DNA of 49,254 bases, filler included, from Catajapyx aquilonaris (GCA_000934665.2; 3 parts of 3 records of this genome joined end to end with filler, not necessarily neighbours in it), one strand, 5' to 3'; numbered from the whole stretch's first letter, positions 23,142 to 35,078 are shown. Notes: generated by a model not told the origin, from the letters alone. A program made the numbers and translations.

Positions 23142-24205
23142 TTTAAGCGACATTTCTCGGCGGAATATGCACGGATAACGCGAGGAAAACGATTCAAAAT
23201 ACACAAGTGATTATACATCATGCATTGCGTCTTATTTCCGTTTGGTGCAAATACGCTGGATGGATTACTTTGATTAATGTCCAACCCTATAATATACTAT
23301 AGCCTCTTATTGTGGTAGGCTGCATATAGGATTAATTTATTATCAGGTTTGATTACATTTTTTTCCGAACTGTAGTATTTTTGCTGGTGCTAAAAGGTCA
23401 GATGTTCGTTCAATGCTAAAAGTTGCCTACGATTGATTACGTTTTGATGACCACGATCGTTGCATCTGCTTTGTTTCTCAAATTATTGCACAGTTTCGGT
23501 CAGCACTCGACCTCTGGTTTCTGGTTACAATATTAGTTTGGGTAAGCTTACGGAAGATGGCCGGAAATATTATTATTAATGTGCATGGAAAAAAGACCTT
23601 GTCATATACCTGTTTTAGCGAGGAGAAAGAAGATAAGGAACACGGATATTGTCAGAAAGTAATAGGCCACAATAAGTCGACGCCTTCCGATTCATGCAGC
23701 CAATATGACACTCCAGAGGTGAAGATGAAGCCTCTTTTGCTATGCGTTTGCGGATGCTATAATTAATTATAATAATCCTTATTGTGGAAAATTTTCACAC
23801 CAAATTTCATTAGAGCGAAGCTGGAAGACGACATACTCTCTGCATTTACAAGTAGGCCTACTGCTTTTTTTTGCGTTTCATTACAACGCATGCATATAAT
23901 ATGATGTGATTAAGCTAATATTGGACAGATGAGCAATGAAAGTTAAAAGTAATGCAATAAAATAAATCCCGCCGAGCAAATATAGGGCAGTAATCTTGTG
24001 ACTCATCTTGTAATATGCCATTTGCTGGTCATTGTCGAGGACATTTAAATATTTTTTATTGTCGAGGAATGCAAGAAATAATATTTCAAACCCCACCTAG
24101 GGCGACTAAAAATAAAACAAAAAAACATGTGGACTTTGTCTCGTTTCCCTGCTTCCAATTTGACAGCTCACAATGTGACGATGACGGATGGATAACCGTC
24201 CAATG

Positions 24206-24275
<70 letters not shown>
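24206..24275. repeat. (AAT)n microsatellite
   Basis: Long perfect AAT run seen directly. Confidence 0.97.
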
Positions 24276-25949
24276 GCTACAGTATTTCCAATTCGGCATT
24301 GTGTGTGGAGACGTGATTTTAGAGGTCAATGGAATTAAGTGAGGATGAGACACGTGATTTTAATTATTCACAATTTCCGCGCACATTTTTCTGAAATGTC
24401 GATAACTACGTTCGTCTGGGCAATATTGACGTAAGTTACATAAATGCAATAATTATTATTATTGGCTATGGAATCAAGGCCGGGAATTGGCCTCGATTTG
24501 GATTTTGGATAAGGACGAATGTCACTCCATGTACAGGAAAAAGAGTCCCTTGACAGACACGGGCCAGCCAGAGAGAGGGCAGGCTGTATAAACACGTGAC
24601 CCCATCTGACATGCATTGTACGCAAGCATAACCAGCCAATCCAATTCGCCTTCCAACCACCTACCCACCCCCTCGGATGATAAGAACCAACTTGGGCAGC
24701 TTTATCTCTCTCTCAGTCTCTCGGCTTCCCTTGACCTGAACACTTGGCAGAAGAGGAGGATTATTGGACTGGGAAGAAGGGAGCTTCATTCACACAACTC
24801 GTATCATATGTTACGAAGGATTTCACGAAGGATTTTTACGAGTTGTTTTACGAGTGATTGATTTGACGAATGGTGGTGTTCGCCCTGGGGCCAGTGTGGA
24901 TCATTGTAGTGCCGTGTGGTGATGGTGACGTGTGGTTTGGGTGTTTCATGTGGTGTTTGGTGAATACTATATAATCAATAAGGTTTGCAAACCTGCCCCA
25001 TTTTGCTTCCCCCATTTTGCCCCCCTTTTTGATGACGATCTAATTTTCCCTTCCAATTGTTATCAGTTGCAGGATGATGGCAGGAAAGGACTTGGCTTTT
25101 GGCCTGCTTGATTATTGCTGGAGATTTGAAGGGAATTATGCGAACGTGGTTTTTGCAGTTTGATCTGGTGCCGATCAATTTCAGGTGGATGGCCGCATTG
25201 GATTGATGCGTCATGGACATCACCTGAACCTGATACTTGCATTGCAGATATCTCTGTAATAATTGGCAATTTATTTTAATGGAAGTGGACGGTGGGGGAG
25301 GGAAGGGTCATTGCGCCATCCCCACCTCGTGTCCAGTCTGGATCGAGATGCTTGCCTGGGATCCAGCCATGGAAACAGTGGCTCTTCAGGTAAGCTAGTG
25401 ACATGCACACACGTTCTTAGAACAATTGACGGTTTATCAAAGTGCATTGGTGCCTCTACCATCTGACATTGGCGTAAGATTTGGAAATGGTACATTTTAC
25501 ATGTGAAAAATCTGATGAAATTGAATTGTAGTTAATTTCTAGTTTCATCTTTCATGGATGAATGAAATGATCTTGTTTTTGGGAGACGCTTGCAGTCTTA
25601 GTCAAGTGTTCAAAAATTTTTGGACAGCATGAATACATTGCATTTCCATATCACATTTATAATTTCAACAATTGATGCAATCAAGTAATTGCTGCATTCA
25701 ATAATTAAGGGCTTGAGTTTGATTTAAGACCGTTTAAAAAAAATCTTTGTAATTGAATGTTGCTCTCATTTACAACAAGGTGAATGTACTCGCCTTTAGT
25801 TATTGTGGTTTGGCACAATACATTTTACTAATTGTTTCTTTTTGCATATGGTTGCGCAATTACATGAGAGATGTTGATGGTTCGACTCTTCTCCGCCAAC
25901 GTGCTGCTGCCTTCGTGGGAGCCTGCCCTTGAGACCTCTTTCAAGCAAT

Positions 25950-28900
25950 CAGCACTGGCACTCGGGAACACCTGCTGAGGTCATGAGTCTTTCTTCAGGC
26001 CATCCAAAATCACAATGTTCTTCGGACACTACAAAGGAGATCGGGTGAGCAAAAGTCACATTTATAAGCATAGCCGGAGATAATTAGGAACTTGCATGAT
26101 GATTAATAATTGCAACAATAGGTGGATATGTGTTTTAAAATCCCCTTACTAATCTAATATATTGCTTTCAATGAGTGTGGCAGTGACATCACATGCCTCT
26201 GGAGGTGTCACTGTTGCTGCCAGCATCATTCTAAGTTGGAAGCAGTCGTGGTGAACCTGGGCAACATCATGAAGAACCTTCAAGAATAGCACCATGCATG
26301 GACGAGAAACCAGAATCGACAGCCCACAGCAGGGCGATGAGCCTTCCTTCTCCCCGTTCCCAGCACCTGTGCACAATAAGGAGATGGTATGCCACTAACA
26401 TGCAGGCGACTAATGGTGTTGGAATGCTACTTATTCCTAGTTGTCTAATGTGGGCTACTGCGTTGTTACCGGTTCTTCTAATGGTGGTGGCCGTGATCCG
26501 TGACAATCCATAGTTAACTTGCGCTGCTGGATTGTCTGCGAGTTAATCTGATTGATGCTGCACCCATTTTGGCCAGTTTCAGATCCCTCTGTGAAAGGCA
26601 TGCACTTGATCCCTCTTATGCATCCGCCTCATCTCCTAAAACTACAGTAAGTGAAAGGGACTATTGCAACTTGGACTTTTCTCATAATGTTTGTTTTCTC
26701 AATGCACTTGCCTCATCTGGCATTTCTGTCTTCGAGAGGAGGAGACCACGATTTCACCGAGAAGCACTAGTCAAGAGCTGGGAGAGGTCTTCCTTATTTG
26801 TTTCTTGATACTAAGCAGGATTGTGATGCCAGTTTGTGTACGAGCTGCTGATGGAGACAAGTTAGATTGCAAGGACTGTGATCTCTACAGACCCAGCCGG
26901 AGATTTTCCAGGACGGAAGATTGCGTGGTACCTAGTCTATAGCTGCGTTGGGAACAAGCCTTCATGTATTCAACTACATCAATTGAAATGGACTCCACAG
27001 GGAAGGACTTTGCTGTAGGCAGAAATAGTGTGCTGCTTCCAGGTCAGGTTTTTCTTCCCCCTGTGGCAATCATGCTAATAACCACTAATTTTGTTTCAGG
27101 TTTATGGTGCCTACGATTTCAGTTGTTGCCCACCATGACAACATGGCAACCCTAGATAACAGCCATTAGAGGCTGATGCAAGAATAAGAGTCATGCAGCT
27201 GAGGAGAACCACACCTGATCATCTGATGGCGTCCAACCTTATGGTGACGGAGATCCATAGGAGGAGGACTGCAGGAAGGGGCCTACTGACGGAAGTGACG
27301 AGCTGCGACACCTGAACCTGTTGTTGGAGACAACAGAAGGGAATGCCCCACTGCGGGATGACAGTCCCTTAATCCAGAGGGATAGATGACTAACATGGAG
27401 GTGAGTGATGTTGTGTATTAATTGCAGCTGATCCAAGGCCACTGCTTGATCTGCATTGAAGAGATATTCCTCGACTCGTCTTAGGTGCTCACACATTAAG
27501 AGATCTCGAAAGGAATATGTCTCACACCACTGGGATGTGCCTGCGATTCCGGTCTGCCATTCTCATCGTCTCCTGCAGGTGGCATGGGGCTTGCTGCATT
27601 GCAATGAATGAGGTCAGATCATCATTTAGGCTGACTGCGTATAGTCTGCTGTGTCCAAGCAAACTGCTGTATTTCATTCATGATCAGGCTCTGCACGTTC
27701 TCAAAGCAGGATGAAGGTCAGCCAGGTTGTTGGTGAGTCTGAAGGTTGACCTGTATTGCATGGTGGCACCCTGGTCTCGCACTTCTACAATCAACGGACC
27801 TTACTGGATTTAAATCGTCTCTGTCTACTCTAATGTTGCGGGAATCCTACTTGTCCGCTGTTGATACTCTGGGTTACAGCTTCATCTCAGGGATGGCGAC
27901 ACTTATGGCGACACTTACTTGCTGGTTATTCTTTATTTTGCTTTTGGACAACTAAATATTGTGCAATAGGTATTTACGTATTATGTACATACCTATATTG
28001 TGACATTGTTTATTAAGAGAAGTCGCCCAAAAGAGCATGAAAATGCTCACTGGGACTAATGAAGCTATACTAAAGTAATATGATCTAATGCGTATGTTCG
28101 GAGCCGTTCTAGGTGACTGCTTACATGAACGGATCATCATCAGCTCTGCTGGTGTCCCATACCAGGTAGACTCCAGGTTGAAGGCTGCAATACATTACAG
28201 TACGGCATACTAGTAAATATTTAATGTACCGTACGTAACTTTTCCATCTAGGGTTTTGCTGAAGTGGACTGCAATTTAACCAGTTGAAGCGATCGGCTAA
28301 TACAAAGCAGGGCAGGAGATGTGGTTGACAGCCCATTTCGCAGCTGATGATGATGATGATGATGATGCGACTCAACCAGCCTGCCATCACTGCAGACAAA
28401 AAAGGAGTAGCAGCCTTGCAGAGGGAGATGGAGGCCATTCAGGTTTCTCATTAGTTACGCTGCAGAACATTTCACTCCCAAGAACATTTCTTTCGTCAGG
28501 GGGTGAGGTGACTAGAACATCAGGTGCCAACCAGGGTTACAACATGGCAACCCCCTCTTCAGATGACAGCTATTGAAGTACACATCCTTGTGAGTACATC
28601 CAGTTGTCTGTGAGGACATGTGCTGCCTTGGATAATTATAACCATTGCTGTGGGCATCAGAGGTATGCAGCCTTTAGATGTTGCGTCATTCAAAGTTGGA
28701 AGCAATCCATTAATAGCGACCTGTGTCTGCTGGACAATCACCCATCATGTGTTACCTTGGCTATTAGTTGATAAGATCATCTACTGCTAACTTGATTCCC
28801 CTTTTAATTTTCCATCTTCATAGCTTGAGCCACCAATGATGTGGTAGCTGTCACCTGGGAGGAAGGGAGCCCATGTCGACGGTCGCCATGTGCGCTGCCA

Positions 28901-29550
28901 GAGGATGAAGCCTCGCAATCTGGATGGCTACCCATGTGGCTATGACAACTTGTGTGATTGGATTTTGACAAGGTATGACCATTTCGAGTTCTGGGACTTG
29001 GCATTAATTTCCTTCATTGGTAGTGAGATAGGAAGTTCTCAATGCTGTCTATAATACTAATGAGGCGAAAGGCCTGTAGTTGGAGAGTTAATTAATGTCT
29101 CTCTCAGGAGTGAATAGTGACAGAAATATTCATCATTGCAGGAAGATGCTGCCAACACTGGACCTGATGAAGGACAAGATAAATGCGATGCCCAACAGTC
29201 ATCATCCCTCCCGAACTCCGCCACAGGCGGTGGAAACAGCTAGTAGCAAATTGGCAATTGCTGACAATGCGACGAGGTATTTATGTACATTTTTCCCCCT
29301 GTAGTTGAGACATTATCTTGTCCTCTCCTCTGTGGGAAATGAGTGTGTGGTATAATGTGACATGGCTTGAGACCCACCCATATTCTCAGGTGTTGGGCAA
29401 GATGAGCAGCACTTGCGAAGACAGGACCGATCTGCGGCCTTCTGTCATCGTTGGATGTTCCGGTCAGCCAGGAGATGAAGAGGACCAAGCACTTCACATC
29501 TGGAGGACAAGAATGCTGCCGATGCTTGACCTAATATTAGGGACTGTAAA
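25950..29550 (-). mobile_element. Heavily decayed non-LTR retrotransposon (LINE, APE-endonuclease + RT ORF2) remnant
   Basis: Minus-strand fragments occur in the expected order. PDVKCLVLFISWL (~29500, cf. PDxxxxxETWL); RRGQD..TGGKMY (cf. RxDR..GGGV); EINAKSQ..W (cf. GDFNA); QTGITILL (cf. GPDGI); EDLSQLLT..EMPDE (cf. ELxxPL..GxxPxxWK); NYGL (cf. QYGF); RLIAL..DSGF; SAGVP (~25975, cf. GVPQG). Many stops and frameshifts. Confidence 0.5.
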
Positions 29551-31851
29551 TGATGATGGCCTATAAACATCACATCACATCATCTCCCACTTCCCAGCAC
29601 AGTACATTGTGTCACTAACACGGGATTTAATAACTTGCATGTTTTAACCGGTTTTAACATCTTCAGCTGCACTTGCCCTTCTCTTTCAGGACCTCTTCAG
29701 GCATCCTCCTACAGTATCCTGGCCAATTCAGTGAGAGATGTAGAAAATATTTGGACTATTTTCAGTCTATTCCTTCTGATTGCAAGAGAAATACGCCACT
29801 TGATGCGTATGGAAATTTTAATTGTTGGCGAGTGTAAATCAGCTTCTCCTGTTTGTAATAAATTATTGAAATATACCCTTTGTAATTAGTGGCAAGTGAT
29901 GTCATTGTTTGCCATTTGGGGGGTTGTAACTTCCTTATAGTGATGGCAACAATGGCAATGCCACTCGCAGCTTTTTAAAATATTGGCACTGGTTGGGTGT
30001 GTCTTTATAGGGTGTGAAGTGTTTTGGGCTGTGGCATTTGACTAGCGTTCATGTTTCATTGGCCAATGTATTCGGCTTTAGAATAGCCTGATGATGCCAA
30101 CCGCATTGTTACAGTTGGTACAGGAGTGAATGTGCTGTTTCCCATAGTCTCTCGTCTCTGCTTCATTCTGATTATGCATTTTTGTACTGTAATATGTGAA
30201 ATGTAATGTTTTACAAAAGAAAAAGGAGTGGGAAGTTCACTTTTAAAATTGAAATTTGTGTGCGAGATATTTATTCTTATGAGAAATGTACTACAGTTGA
30301 GTGTGAAGGTAATTAAAAAATATCAACCTTAGATCTTTTTAAAAAACTCATAGGTTTGAAAATTGTGTCCAAGAATGACAATGAGAATGGCTCATTTTTA
30401 TGCTGTATCAGTCATTTCAGTGCAAAGATAAACATTAACTATTTTCATACAGTATTATTGTATGAGGTGGAAAATAACAGTTGTTAATTGCATGAAACAT
30501 TCTCTGTTGAATAATGGAAATTTACGTGGAGCACTGATGGAGCCTTCGAACAAGGACATTTGCACTCCCACACATACTTCTGGGGGGAAAACAACGTCAA
30601 CTTTAATTTGTGCCAAATTTATATAATTTTTATTAACAGTGAAAAATTTACAGTCTCAGCTTTCAGTTAGCACCCTGATAATAATCTTATCGGTTATCAC
30701 ATAGAAATTATTTTGGAGACTGACCTGGTTGTATACTTTTACATGGCCAGAGATATTTTTAATGGGAAAGGTTCGCAGAGTTGACTGTGTGAAGCAGGTA
30801 AACAACAATGGCAAACAACAAAGATCATTCGCAATTAAAAATTAAGAATGTAGTCTTCACACCTACGGATTGCTTGCATTTACACTTATTTGGTAGCACT
30901 ACTAGTAGTGGATTTTGATTTTAAAAATAATTGATGTTTACATGTCTAAAAACAAGCGTTGCAACAGATTTTCCTGCAAAACCGAAAAAAGATTAAGTCA
31001 AAAACGGGCCATTCCAAATATCACATAATTCACATATTTATATCCTCGCAATATACCTTCGCAACCATAAAATATGACTAATGATTTTATAAGAATTATG
31101 TGGAGATTGGTAACTTTAAATTAAGTATTAAATTACTCTTCACCCCATTTCAAGCGCACAAAAACACTTGAGCTCTTGCATTAGGACTATGTAATAGAGC
31201 CTTAGTAATGATCGACATACTCTTCACATTTCCTACCATAAGCAGCAGTCCAATCTAGATGTTGCCTATTTAATAACTATTATCCACATATAATTCTCTA
31301 TTAAAATTTATTGCTATATTATATGACATCAAATATCTCCTCGTGGGGCTCCATTGAGCTAGGATATGTTTCCATCACTTATTGAGGCATATTTTCATGT
31401 ACGTTAGAGTAATGACATGAAACATTCACGAATCCTGAATAACTACTGTATACAAAGTTTCATTTAAACCTTTTGTGCTTTAACAGGATTTCCCACATGA
31501 TCTCGCGAATAACTTGCACTAATATTTCGTTTCACAGTAGTATTGTAATGCGGCTCCTCGCGCGACATCTCCAAACAACGTGCAAACATGTTATAATAAT
31601 AGTAATTGCCACTTTTACTTATCAATTGGCAATGGCGGTACCGATTCCTTGTTACATTCACTGACATCCGTTTAAAAAAAAAATGTAAAAATATCTTTCC
31701 GCTTATTTTAAATTGTACAGCAGCCCCCTGCACACCGACGAGCCGGATCTTTATCGCTAGTAGTCTTGTGGTCGCCTGTGTGGAAATGGAAGGGAGAGGA
31801 ATCACTCTTATACCTTTTCTTTTTACACGATGCAGCTGGCCAGGGGGCCAA

Positions 31852-31926
31852 GGCGACCACAGGGTCTCGATCCACCTACCTTTCGATCACGATGAAGACG
31901 CGCTACCGACTCTGCCAAGAGGCGGG
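31852..31926 (-). other. tRNA-like/SINE-head unit (Pol III A and B boxes), divergent from the adjacent array
   Basis: Minus strand CGCCTCT-TGGCAGAGTCGGTAGCGC-...-GTGGATCGAGACC: A box TGGCAGAGTCGG, B box GGATCGAGACC. No proper acceptor stem. Confidence 0.6.
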
Positions 31927-31992
31927 TACGAAATTTCTACGTTTGAAACTCATACTTGTTCCTCCTCACCTCCGCCGACCCCCCCCCCCCCN

Positions 31993-32691
31993 ATGGCTGC
32001 CCTAGCCCAGTCGGCATCGCTCCTTTCCCTGATTCTAAGGGAAAGGGTTGCTGGATCGAATCCAGCAAATGCGAGTGCCTTTTTTCAGGCTACCAACCAT
32101 GCTAATATTTGTAGCTATTATGAATAGCCATTAAATTTCTCTTTTATAAGTGTCATTTGGTTTGGGGAAATGGGTACAAGTTCGAAGCGCTGGATTTCCG
32201 TGGATGGCTGCTAGCCCAGTCGGTAGCGCTCCTTTCCCTGATTCTAAGGGAAAGGGTTTGCAGGATCGAATCCAGCCAAAGCGAGTGCCCTTTTTCCGGC
32301 CATTAATCAGACTAATATTGGTAGCTGTTATGAATAGCTCTTAAGTTTCCCATTTACAACAGTTATTGGGTATTGGAGGAATGAGTACTAGTTTCAACCG
32401 TTGGATTTTCGTGGATGGCTGGCTAGCCCAGTCGGTAACACTCCTTTCCCTTATTCTAAAGGAAAGGGTTGCAAGATCGAATCCAGCCAAAGCGACTGCC
32501 TTTTTTCCGGCCACCAATATTTGTAGCTATTATAAATAGCCATTAAATTTTCCATTTATAACTGTTATTGGTCGTTGCAGGAATGGGTACGAGTTCCAAG
32601 AGAAGAATTTTCGTTGGTGGCTGTCTGGCACGGTCATTGGCGCGCTTTCCTACTAATTAGAGGGTCTGTGGTTCAATTCCCACAAGTCGGA
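31993..32691 (+). repeat. Tandem ~211-bp array of tRNA-derived units (3 similar + 1 divergent)
   Basis: Units start at 31993, 32204, 32415 and 32617. Each of the first three has A box TAGCCCAGTCGG, a CCTTTCCCT-7nt-A(G/A)GGAAAGG hairpin, a B-box/T-arm (G/A)GATCGAATCC and a T5-T6 run at 32080, 32291 and 32501. Unit 4 has GGTTCAATTCC. Confidence 0.85.
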
Positions 32692-32808
32692 CTCTGGATT
32701 ATACGAAAGAAAAACATATATACCGTCTGACCTCTTCTCCCCTTCGTCACCTGGGCTTGTTGCCCAGATGGTGGGGGGAGTAGGGGTCGGGGGGAATATA
32801 GGGGGGGC

Positions 32809-32908
32809 NNNNNNNNNNNNNNNNNNNNNNNNNNNNNNNNNNNNNNNNNNNNTTAATTAATTAANNNNNNNNNNNNNNNNNNNNNNNNNNNNNNNNNNNN
32901 NNNNNNNN
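32809..32908. other. 100-nt N spacer with six-frame stop linker
   Basis: N run with TTAATTAATTAA at 32853-32864. Confidence 0.97.
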
Positions 32909-33963
32909 AACACGTCAGTTCTCTCTAACCTTTTATTCTAGACTGAACACTTTTCTTGTTGCTAGACAACAATAACACAATGTGGCCAACAGGACCACTA
33001 CAATATAATTATAATTGGCTAGGTGTGTTTGTGGGGTGGGAGGCATGGGTTTGCTTGGGGAGGGGGGTGTGGGCTACCAAAGAAGTCTTACATGTGTCGT
33101 ACTCTCACCAGTGATCATCCCAACTTGAATATAAACATTTGCACTGAGCAAGGTGGGGCGATTTGCATGTTGGGTGTACCCATCATAATGACGACATATA
33201 TGGAGGGGGTCTCGCTTAAGAGGCCCAATCTTCCTTAGTATTATACTAGCCAACAGGACTGATATGGCCACATGTAGTTCACATGTAGGGCTACAACATA
33301 TGTGAAAACCAGCGAAAAATAAAGGGGTATAATTTTAAAAATTAAATGTTTAAAATTTGCAATTTCAATCTTTTTAACGCAAAAATTTAAAATTTTAAAA
33401 TTAACCATAGAATACGATTATATCAACCTTTCTGAGTAAATTGATATCAAAAGCACATCTGTCTCACGATTAGTAGCGGAGAAACAGCCAAAAGAAAAAT
33501 GGCTCTCAAAGAAAAGGCTCAAAATTACCACCCCCCAAAAATGGGTAAAAATCAAAATATTTCAAAACGCTTTGGTACAATGTTTTAGCAGCGCTAGGTC
33601 ACCATATAAACCTGTGAATATCATTCAAATCTGCCACATCAAGGGTACAAAGGGGGCCCCACTGACATGGAATGACCCATAGGGAGTTACTTTCCAACCA
33701 CTCTGTATACAATATGGTAGTTATGATTCCATTTTCTTCAAGTGCTGACATATCCTTTTTTATGAAGATGGGAAAAGCTAGCTGTTACAGTTTTGCATGA
33801 AGAGAATTTGATGACTTATGTTCGAAACATGTGAGAAGATGATAACATTTATAATACTATACACTGTTATTGTGTAGGGTAGGACTTCATTGCTGTGCTT
33901 TTTACTAGAAGAAGTAGAAGCACAAACCATAATGCATAGCTAATTTATTTTTTCTTTTTCCAG

Positions 33964-34200
33964 GACTTTCTTGGTCTGAAACGAGTCATCACAGACAAGC
34001 ACTTCTACTTCAATGTTACAAAGGGTTTTCCTTGTCTCCTGAAGTCTGAGGTAAGCTCCTCTCCTCGCTGCTTGGGACGCACAAAGGGTCGTGAGCATCC
34101 AACTATTGACCCTGCAGCCATAGAGAGGTTACGTGACTTTTATCGGCCATTCAATGCAAAGTTTTATCGTATCACAGGTATCAATTTTGGCTGGCCCTGA
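33964..34200 (+). CDS. Hs3st-B: Heparan sulfate glucosamine 3-O-sulfotransferase (HS3ST3/Hs3st-B type), terminal coding exon
   Basis: Strong acceptor ttttctttttccag, then [78 protein letters not shown]. This is the conserved HS3ST C-terminus (FYFNxTKGFPC, CLGxxKGRxHP, FYRPFN). It is absent from the ORF track. Upstream catalytic exons were not found in the window. Confidence 0.95.
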   Translation, partial: DFLGLKRVITDKHFYFNVTKGFPCLLKSEVSSSPRCLGRTKGREHPTIDPAAIERLRDFYRPFNAKFYRITGINFGWP

Positions 34201-34691
34201 TCAAGAGTTGTTCGGAATTACCCAGCAGGTTTTATTGCAAATGAGTCGTCCCTGCAGTAGAGAAAATTATTTTTGAAGTACTTATTTATTTTCCTTATTC
34301 GATGGAAACTTGCAGACATTTTGAATGAGTAGCTGTGGTTTGGTTCTGAATGTTCAAGACCAGTTTTCTCTGCCGGTCTGTTTGCACTGGCATGCAGTGT
34401 GTGTACAGAAATAACTGGGATCAAAAATGCCCGGCTCCAGTGTTTCTCATCATTAGCATTGACAGTTTTTGTAGTACACCCTATGGTTGACAATGAAATG
34501 GAAGTAATGGGGTAGAAAATATTTGATAAAGGATATGCCTGGTATGTGTGCCATTTTGAATTTTTTGAAATTTGTTCATGGTTGAAACAACCACACAATT
34601 TTGCTGAACAAAATATTCTTTACACAAGAAATTGTGCTGAGAGAAACAGGCCATTGTAATGGCAGCATTCCCATCCCCCTCCATCCCCCCT

Positions 34692-34969
34692 TTTGTTTAT
34701 TTAAACCCCGTCACAGGGCAGAGCCCTTTTAGGGAGGTAGGGGAGGTTCCCAAGGGAGGGCGCTGTAATTATAGTCATTTCTGACTTTCTGAGATACACC
34801 AGACCTTTTCTCCTGACCCTGGGCAGAGTGAGGAGTGCAATTCTGCCCCGGTATGTCGGGTGAAAAGCGGAAAAAGACCCGGCCAAGCAGAGGTGACTGG
34901 GACGGGATTTGAACCTCGGCCTCCCGCTTGGCTGGCCAGTGGTGTAACCACCAGACCACCATGCCTCCC
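34692..34969 (-). mobile_element. tRNA-derived SINE (family 1)
   Basis: Minus-strand head GGGAGGCATGGTGGTCTGGTGG (A box) ... GGTTCAAATCC (B box); A-rich tail TAAATAAACAAAA at ~34692-34704. Confidence 0.7.
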
Positions 34970-35078
34970 TTTCATTCCCTTTCTTTTGGTGACTATTCGA
35001 ATATTAGCTTTGTGAGGATTGATTGAAAATTAGTTGCAACTCTTTTTTTTTATGTTGAAGATTGGATTGGTCTTGACC

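Noticed and set aside
24168..24353. Poly-Leu ORF
   Set aside because: Translation of the (AAT)n microsatellite.
24520..25000. Solo LTR (starts TGTCAC, has TATA- and AATAA-like motifs)
   Set aside because: No matching CA end with TSD, second LTR, PBS or PPT could be identified.
31993..32691. Functional tRNA genes, including a possible amber suppressor (CTA in the loop) or tRNA-Glu(TTC)
   Set aside because: Acceptor stems do not pair and there is no CCA-ready end. The stem is 9 bp and the loop GATTCTA lacks U33 in the TTC register, while the CTA register has no flanking 5-bp stem.
31993..32691. CRISPR-like array
   Set aside because: Eukaryotic context; whole 211-bp units are homologous, with no unique spacers and no cas genes.
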